Shown here: piece by piece, positions 58,329 through 64,000 of the stretch | Position numbering within the stretch: position 1 is the first letter of the stretch | Layout of the letters: the number at the start of each line of letters is the position of its first letter | Assembly: GCA_002788855.1 (NCBI GenBank) | Contig: PFSB01000006.1 | Coordinates: 5,467 to 69,466, forward strand | Reading direction: 5' to 3' | From: Candidatus Roizmanbacteria bacterium CG_4_9_14_0_2_um_filter_38_17 | Lineage (GTDB): Bacteria > Patescibacteriota > Microgenomatia > GCA-00278855 | Length of the DNA: 64,000 nt | The notes under the pieces: generated by a model | What the model was told of the DNA's origin: nothing | The model's input: the letters and a program-made list of their open reading frames with translations, nothing else | The model's database searches: none | Program-made: the position numbers and the translations under genes

Positions 58329-59704
58329 AGCAAAAAATTATTAAATATTTTCCGCTTATCATTGTCTTACTTTTTGCTATTTTTGTATCAAGACATTTAT
58401 TATTACCCGGATTTGTTCCTACGCATGATGGGGAGTATCATATTATCCGTTTCTGGCAGTTTGATAAGGTTATACGCTCAGGTAACCTATTCCCGCTCTG
58501 GGCACCTGACCTGGATTTTGGTAAAGGTGTACCTATCTTCGCATACTTTTACCCACTGCCTAACTATATAGCTGAAGTATTTATTCTTCTGGGATTTTCG
58601 TATGTAAAAAGCCTGCATTTGGTATTGGCCAGTGGCTTAGTTTTCTCTGCAGTCTCTTTTTATCTATGGACTAGGACTTTATTTGGTCGATGGGCAGGGC
58701 TTGTGGGGGCAGTATTTTATACTTTGGCGCCTTATCATTTGGTCGATGTATTTGTGCGTGGTTCGGTTGGGGAAGTATGGTCGCTTGCACTAGCTCCTCT
58801 ATGTTTATTTTTTACAACCAAACTTGTAACTAATCGTAAGTATGTAGTGTTAAATAGTATATTCCTTTACCTGCTTTTGCTATCACACAATATATTAGGT
58901 CCTGTATTTTTTGTATTTTGCCTTGTCTATGGATTACTATTTTTACACAAAGCTAAAAAGACAAAACCCACTCCTGGAGTGGGTTTCTTGTTGTTGCTTA
59001 GCTATTTTCTGGGTTTTATTTTATCTTTGTATTTCTGGTTACCAATAATTTTAGATCGAAGCTATGTTACCGGACTTGAAACTGTAAATATTATTGATCA
59101 CTTTCCAGAAATTTATAAACTTATTTTTCCCTCCTGGGGTACGGGGTTTTCAGGGAGAGGATATAGTGCAGATCAAATGAGCTTTCAAATTGGAATTGCA
59201 CATATTCTTGCATTCGTGGCTGTGATATTGCTACTCATTAAAAAGAAACTCAAAAGCTCTCTAGTTAAGTATATGTTAATTTCTTTTCTTATCTCCGTAT
59301 GGTTAATGCTTGATGTTTCATCTTTTATTTGGCAAAAAATAACATGGATGAGCTATTTTCAGTTTCCCTGGAGGTTGTTGTCTGTGGTAATTATTACAAC
59401 TTCATTTATGGCTGGATATGTATCTCGTAGATCAAGAATTATTTCTGCTGTGCTGATAATTATGGCAGTATTATTATATTTACCCTATACTAGGCCGGTT
59501 GTTTATGAGCCAAGGGATGACTCATTTTATTTAAGTAATCCAACCTGGACAGAAGGTACAGCTACAACAGGGAATGTTTTTAGGGCTAAATCTGAAAGTA
59601 GAGATCAAATAAATAATTCTTTAGCAAGGACATCTGGGAGTATAATTTCGATAATTGGTTTGTTAACGTTAATACTAATTAAAGTTAAGAACAATGAAAT
59701 ATAA
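58325..59704 (+). CDS. membrane protein, H-D-x3-H family GT-C candidate (paralog group B, 5 of 5)
   Basis: FVPTHDGEYHIIRF...LFPLWAPDLDFGKGVPIFAYFYPLPNY. Confidence 0.5.
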   Translation: MKQKIIKYFPLIIVLLFAIFVSRHLLLPGFVPTHDGEYHIIRFWQFDKVIRSGNLFPLWAPDLDFGKGVPIFAYFYPLPNYIAEVFILLGFSYVKSLHLVLASGLVFSAVSFYLWTRTLFGRWAGLVGAVFYTLAPYHLVDVFVRGSVGEVWSLALAPLCLFFTTKLVTNRKYVVLNSIFLYLLLLSHNILGPVFFVFCLVYGLLFLHKAKKTKPTPGVGFLLLLSYFLGFILSLYFWLPIILDRSYVTGLETVNIIDHFPEIYKLIFPSWGTGFSGRGYSADQMSFQIGIAHILAFVAVILLLIKKKLKSSLVKYMLISFLISVWLMLDVSSFIWQKITWMSYFQFPWRLLSVVIITTSFMAGYVSRRSRIISAVLIIMAVLLYLPYTRPVVYEPRDDSFYLSNPTWTEGTATTGNVFRAKSESRDQINNSLARTSGSIISIIGLLTLILIKVKNNEI

Positions 59705-60794
59705 GATAATAACTGCTATTTTAATGCTGCTCATGCTAGCTGGTTTAATAAGGGAAATAAGCCAGATAAATTTTAGATCAGAGTATAAAACAGATGTTTA
59801 TAAAAAAGTATATGAACAGTCACAGTATAGGAACGGACAGGGGTTAATAGGGGATCATATAGTTTATCTATATGCGGCTGGCTCACTTATGGAGGGAGGA
59901 AATCCGCTTAAAATTAATCCTGAAGTTCCACCTCTAGGGGAATACATGATTGGGCTATCTATCTTGTTATTTAACAATCCTAATTACACTGTCGTTGCTG
60001 CATCAATTCTTATTCTTTTTGCTTTGTTTTTATTGGGTAATAAGCTGTATAAGAAGCCAGCGCTTGCTCTAATACCCGTCTCACTATTTGGACTGGAACG
60101 TCTGTTTTTGGATCAGCTTAAATTACCTCTTCTGGATATAATTCAATTACCGTTTATATTATTAGCCTTTTACTTTTTCTTTTGCTCAGTTACCACAAAT
60201 CAAAAACGATACTATTTAGCGACTGGTCTGGTGCTGGGATTTGTTATTGGTATTAAAGTTATGATTACGGGGGTTTTAATGGTTATTGCTTGGATGGTTT
60301 ACTTATTTATAGCTCGCAATTGGAGGAGTATCAGAGACTTAGTGTTTTTAACGTTACCAACAGCCTTTGCAGTTCTTGTAGTGTCTTATCTAAGAATATT
60401 TATCTATGGAGTTAGCTTCTGGTATTTTCTCTTAGTACAAAAATGGGTATTGTTGTATCAGCAAGGTAAGATTCAGTACCCTTTTTCTGCCTGGAAATTG
60501 CTTTTGTTTAACCAGTGGCAAGCTTGGTGGGGAGATTACAGTATTTTGCATACAGTAGATTGGCGCATAACCTGGCCTATTATTACTCTGATGAGCTTTT
60601 TCTTTATCTTGTATAAGCTGGTCAAAAAGGAGACTTGGAGTGAAATGGAGGGGATAATTACAGCATGGGTAGTAGTGTTTAGTGGTTTTATCTCACTAGG
60701 AACTATCAGCACGCGCCACCTTCTGCCTTTCTTGCCTTTTCTTTATTTGTTGAGCTTTAAATTCATCTATAGGTTTATAGATAAGCATAAGTGA
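59694..60794 (+). CDS. polytopic membrane protein, unknown
   Basis: 366 aa, ~9 TM, no soluble domain. Confidence 0.4.
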   Translation: MKYKIITAILMLLMLAGLIREISQINFRSEYKTDVYKKVYEQSQYRNGQGLIGDHIVYLYAAGSLMEGGNPLKINPEVPPLGEYMIGLSILLFNNPNYTVVAASILILFALFLLGNKLYKKPALALIPVSLFGLERLFLDQLKLPLLDIIQLPFILLAFYFFFCSVTTNQKRYYLATGLVLGFVIGIKVMITGVLMVIAWMVYLFIARNWRSIRDLVFLTLPTAFAVLVVSYLRIFIYGVSFWYFLLVQKWVLLYQQGKIQYPFSAWKLLLFNQWQAWWGDYSILHTVDWRITWPIITLMSFFFILYKLVKKETWSEMEGIITAWVVVFSGFISLGTISTRHLLPFLPFLYLLSFKFIYRFIDKHK

Positions 60795-60828
60795 GTATCT
60801 CCTCCCTATTTTTTGGTAAAATGAATGG

Positions 60829-61887
60829 ATGTCGAAGATTGCTATTTCTACATCTGCTTTAAAGACGGGTTACCGTTTTCAGGGCACAGGTAACTATATT
60901 AGCCATCTGGTAGATGGACTTAAAGAGTTAAACGACGGGAATAAATACTATCCGTATACGCAAGATGAAAAATGTCCTGCTGTAGACATTGTCCACATTC
61001 CTTACTTTTCGCCATTTATGGTAACTTTGCCTTATATAAAGCCGGCAAAAAAGCTTATAGTGACAGTTCATGATTTAACTCCTGTGGTTTATGATAACTT
61101 TTTCTCTGCCGGGGTTCGAGGAAAATATAATTGGTATCTACAGAAGTTTTTATTGAAGCACAATATTGACCATGTGTTGGCTGATTCAAGTTCTTCAAAA
61201 GATGAAGTCTTGAGTCACTTAAACCTTGAGAATGATAAGGTCTCGGTAGTATATCTAGCAGCGGACCGCAGGTATACTAAGCTACAGGATAAACCCAAGG
61301 TATTAGCAAATATGCAGAAGAAATACAATCTACCTGAGAAGTTTGTGCTTTATGTAGGCGATGTGCTCTGGAGTAAAAACCTACCGTCATTAATAGAGGC
61401 AGTTAAAGAGATTAACGTGACGCTTGTGTTAGTAGGCAAGCAGTTTGTCGACGAAGCAATCGATCTTGCTCATCCCTGGAATATTGATCTAGCTAAAGTG
61501 AGACAGGTTATAAAAGGAGATAGACGTTATATAACATTAGGATTTGTTCCAGATGAGGATCTAGTTGAGCTATACAATGTTGCTACGCTGTATTGTCAGC
61601 CTTCCCACAGCGAGGGATTTGGAATTCCGGTGTTAGAAGCAATGAGTTGTGGATGTCCTGTGGTTGTATCGGACGCAGGCTCTCTGCCAGAGGTAGCGGG
61701 TGAAGCAGGAGTATATGTAGATCCAGCGGACGTACGAAGCATTGCCGATGGGATTGGTGAACTATACTTTAATCAGAAAAAGAATGAAATACATAGAGTA
61801 AAAGCCCTAGAACAAGCACAGAAATTTAGCTGGGAAAAGACCGTAAACCAAACAGTTGCTATTTATAATAAATTAATAGATGCGTGA
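60829..61887 (+). CDS. GT4 family glycosyltransferase (GT-B)
   Basis: FVLYVGDVLWSKNLPSLIEA...EGFGIPVLEAMSCGCPVVVSDAGSLPEVAG GT4 signature; a TAAAAT -10-like element sits in the 34-nt upstream gap. Confidence 0.8.
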   Translation: MSKIAISTSALKTGYRFQGTGNYISHLVDGLKELNDGNKYYPYTQDEKCPAVDIVHIPYFSPFMVTLPYIKPAKKLIVTVHDLTPVVYDNFFSAGVRGKYNWYLQKFLLKHNIDHVLADSSSSKDEVLSHLNLENDKVSVVYLAADRRYTKLQDKPKVLANMQKKYNLPEKFVLYVGDVLWSKNLPSLIEAVKEINVTLVLVGKQFVDEAIDLAHPWNIDLAKVRQVIKGDRRYITLGFVPDEDLVELYNVATLYCQPSHSEGFGIPVLEAMSCGCPVVVSDAGSLPEVAGEAGVYVDPADVRSIADGIGELYFNQKKNEIHRVKALEQAQKFSWEKTVNQTVAIYNKLIDA

Positions 61888-63142
61888 AAGACTTCATAGG
61901 AGCCTAGCTAACCCTCTACTAACTGGAAGTTTTCTGGTTAGCGTGGGACTTACTGTTGGTAACATATTTAATTATCTCTACCATGTAAGCATGGGTAGAA
62001 TGCTTACCCCAGCACATTACGGCGTGCTGACGGCTTTAATTTCTTTTATGAGTATCTTTGGTGTGTTTGCCGCAACAATGACAACAGTTGTGGCTAAATT
62101 TGTCTCTAAGTATAGGGTACAGGATAATAGTAGTGATATTGCTCATCTACTTAGACAGCTAATTAGACGTATCGGGTTGCTAGTATTGGTGGTGGTTGTT
62201 TTATCACAGTTTATTGTTGCACCAATTGCGTCTTTCTTGCACATAGAAGATGGTATTTTAATTAATCTAACAATCGTAGGAATATTACTTGCCATATTGG
62301 TTGCAATTAACAGTGGGGCGTTACAAGGGCTTTTGAAGTTTAAAATTATGGCGCTCTTTGGAGCCAGTGGAAGCATTTTGCGGCTGGTACTGGCATTGAC
62401 ACTTGTATATTTAGGTTTTGGGTTAAGGGGTGCGGCAGTTGGTTTTTTTCTCGCATATCTTATTCCATATTTACTAACTTTTTTCCCACTTGGTAGTTAT
62501 ATTTTTCGGAAAGAAAGCCGTAAACAGATTCAATATGGACCTCTTATAAAATATTCGCTACCTTCATTCGTAGCCCTGGTTGGCTTAAGTATGCTTTTGA
62601 GTATGGATATTATTTTAGTAAAGCATTTTTTCACAGATACTGATGCAGGTCGCTATTCAGCTCTTTCGGTGATAGGAAGAGTTATCTTTTTTGCCACTAG
62701 TTCAATTAGTATGGTTATGTTTCCCATCATTGCGGGCAAGTTTGAGCAAGGAAAAGATCATACTAAGACATTTTTAGTGAGTCTATTATTGGTTTTTGGA
62801 GCTGGCTCGTTTGCGACTCTTGTGTACTTTATATTTCCACAGGCTTTAATTCAGCTGTTCTATAACAATCCAAGCTATCTTGTGGAGATGCATAATCTGG
62901 GTCTAATGGGATTATTCTTTTTTATATATAGCTTAGTGGCGCTTTTTATCCAGTATTATCTGTCTATTTCGCGCACGAAAATAGTGTTAACTTCTGTAGT
63001 AGCTAGCATATTGCAGGTGATATTGATCTGGAATTTTCACATAAGCCTAAGACACGTTATAATATCTTCAATAACCGCTGAGGGCCTACTATTAATATTG
63101 CTAGTAGGATACTATCTAGTTAGGGTTCATAATGAAAAATAA
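61880..63142 (+). CDS. Wzx-like oligosaccharide flippase (MOP superfamily)
   Basis: 420 aa, 12+ TM; N-terminal LLTGSFLVSVGLTVGNIFNYLYHVSMGRMLTPAHYG typical of PST/Wzx family proteins. Confidence 0.7.
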   Translation: MRERLHRSLANPLLTGSFLVSVGLTVGNIFNYLYHVSMGRMLTPAHYGVLTALISFMSIFGVFAATMTTVVAKFVSKYRVQDNSSDIAHLLRQLIRRIGLLVLVVVVLSQFIVAPIASFLHIEDGILINLTIVGILLAILVAINSGALQGLLKFKIMALFGASGSILRLVLALTLVYLGFGLRGAAVGFFLAYLIPYLLTFFPLGSYIFRKESRKQIQYGPLIKYSLPSFVALVGLSMLLSMDIILVKHFFTDTDAGRYSALSVIGRVIFFATSSISMVMFPIIAGKFEQGKDHTKTFLVSLLLVFGAGSFATLVYFIFPQALIQLFYNNPSYLVEMHNLGLMGLFFFIYSLVALFIQYYLSISRTKIVLTSVVASILQVILIWNFHISLRHVIISSITAEGLLLILLVGYYLVRVHNEK

Positions 63143-63929
63143 CAAACTCTCCATTATTGTCCCAGCCTATCGACAAGGTGATACTTTAGTTAAGAACATA
63201 CGAAAAATTACATCTGTTCTTGAAGAAGTAGCGCCAAATGCCTATGAGGTTATTGTTGTTGAAGATGGTAAACTAGATAATTCGTTTGAGTTATTAGAAA
63301 AGGCGAATATTCCTCACGTTAAAATAGCAGGTTACGGCAGTAATCATGGTAAAGGTTACGCTGTCCGTTATGGTATGGCGCGAAGTACAGGTGATATTAT
63401 TGGCTTTATTGATGCTGGTGCGGATTTAGATCCAAAGGGGCTAAAGATACTTCTTGTGCATATGGAGTGGTATGGGGCAGATATTATCGTGGGAAGTAAG
63501 TGGCATCCTGTTTCTAGGGTAAAGTATCCTTGGTGGAGAAAAATTATTTCTAAAGTATATGGACTCTATGTAAAACTTCTTTTTGGACTAGATATTAGCG
63601 ATACTCAGTTAGGTATGAAGTTTTTTCGTAGAGAAGTACTGGAGAAAGTACTTCCAAGGTTGTTAGTAAAGAAGTATGCAATGGATATTGAGCTTCTAGC
63701 AGTGGCAAACAGGGTAGGATTTACCCGGATTTATGAAGCGCCAATAGAGCTTGATTGGAGCCAAATAGATAGTCAGATCTCAAAGAATATATATAGGTCG
63801 ATCTGGGATATGGCTTTGGATACGCTTGCCGTATTCTATAGACTTAAGATCCTTCATTACTATGATGATTCTAGTAAGCGCAAATGGCGTTATGATAAAG
63901 ATCTTCAAATGAAGGTAAATATAGGATGA
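63132..63929 (+). CDS. GT2 polyprenol-phosphate glycosyltransferase (Dpm1-like)
   Basis: LSIIVPAYRQGDTL...VIVVEDGKLDNS...GFIDAGADLDP motifs. Confidence 0.75.
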   Translation: MKNNKLSIIVPAYRQGDTLVKNIRKITSVLEEVAPNAYEVIVVEDGKLDNSFELLEKANIPHVKIAGYGSNHGKGYAVRYGMARSTGDIIGFIDAGADLDPKGLKILLVHMEWYGADIIVGSKWHPVSRVKYPWWRKIISKVYGLYVKLLFGLDISDTQLGMKFFRREVLEKVLPRLLVKKYAMDIELLAVANRVGFTRIYEAPIELDWSQIDSQISKNIYRSIWDMALDTLAVFYRLKILHYYDDSSKRKWRYDKDLQMKVNIG

Positions 63930-64000
63930 AGGTTCATTTCATAATCTTGATGTTTGTGATTTGGAGGGTTAGTCTTGAGTTCTGGCGATGGGTTGGTGAG
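63926..64000 (+). CDS. 5' end of a further membrane protein gene running off the window
   Basis: ATG at 63926 in an ATGA overlap with the preceding stop; translation MKVHFIILMFVIWRVSLEFWRW is hydrophobic. Confidence 0.35.
   Translation, partial: MKVHFIILMFVIWRVSLEFWRWVGE

Noticed and set aside
1-64000. Mobile elements, integrases, transposases, toxin-antitoxin or defence genes
   Set aside because: No ORF shows transposase/integrase/HTH-nuclease motifs. Every sizeable ORF is accounted for by sugar metabolism, GT, flippase or polytopic membrane proteins. No terminal inverted repeats or target-site duplications were seen.
1-64000. rRNA, tRNA or other structured RNA genes
   Set aside because: Intergenic space is almost nil (largest gaps are 66 and 102 nt) and none shows tRNA cloverleaf features.

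Overview
Dense, almost entirely plus-strand, low-GC (~37%) bacterial locus with no rRNA, tRNA, CRISPR or mobile-element genes. Genes overlap tightly (ATGA/GTGA couplings), which is consistent with a small-genome, possibly CPR/Patescibacteria-like organism; this taxonomic guess is low confidence. The window starts with a nucleotide-sugar module: rmlA (partial), an FdtA/WxcM-like cupin, rmlB, an rmlD-like reductase, ugd and an Rmd-like SDR. The remaining ~58 kb is one giant cell-surface glycosylation supercluster. It contains 9 Dpm1-like/GT2 polyprenol-phosphate-sugar synthase type genes (one fused to a GtrA domain), 2 further GT2, 2 GT4, 2 Wzx-like flippases, a SAM methyltransferase, two small secreted/anchored unknown proteins, and about 25 polytopic GT-C-type membrane glycosyltransferase candidates. 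The GT-C candidates fall into at least 6 paralogous families: YfhO-like x4; an H-D-x3-H family x5; PMT_2/ArnT-like x4-6; a DE-motif family x3; and two further paired families. The architecture looks like a tandem array of three-component (GtrA/GtrB/GT-C-like) periplasmic glycosylation modules. Notable sequence-level signals: perfect heptanucleotide tandem repeats (x4) inside three different glycosyltransferase genes, which are candidate slipped-strand phase-variation switches; a membrane-protein gene split into three frames at T9 and A7 homopolymers; a 26-nt perfect palindrome at the rmlB/rmlD junction; a reiterated CATTCCWGGAATG palindromic motif shared by two adjacent genes; and near-identical DNA stretches between YfhO-like paralogs.
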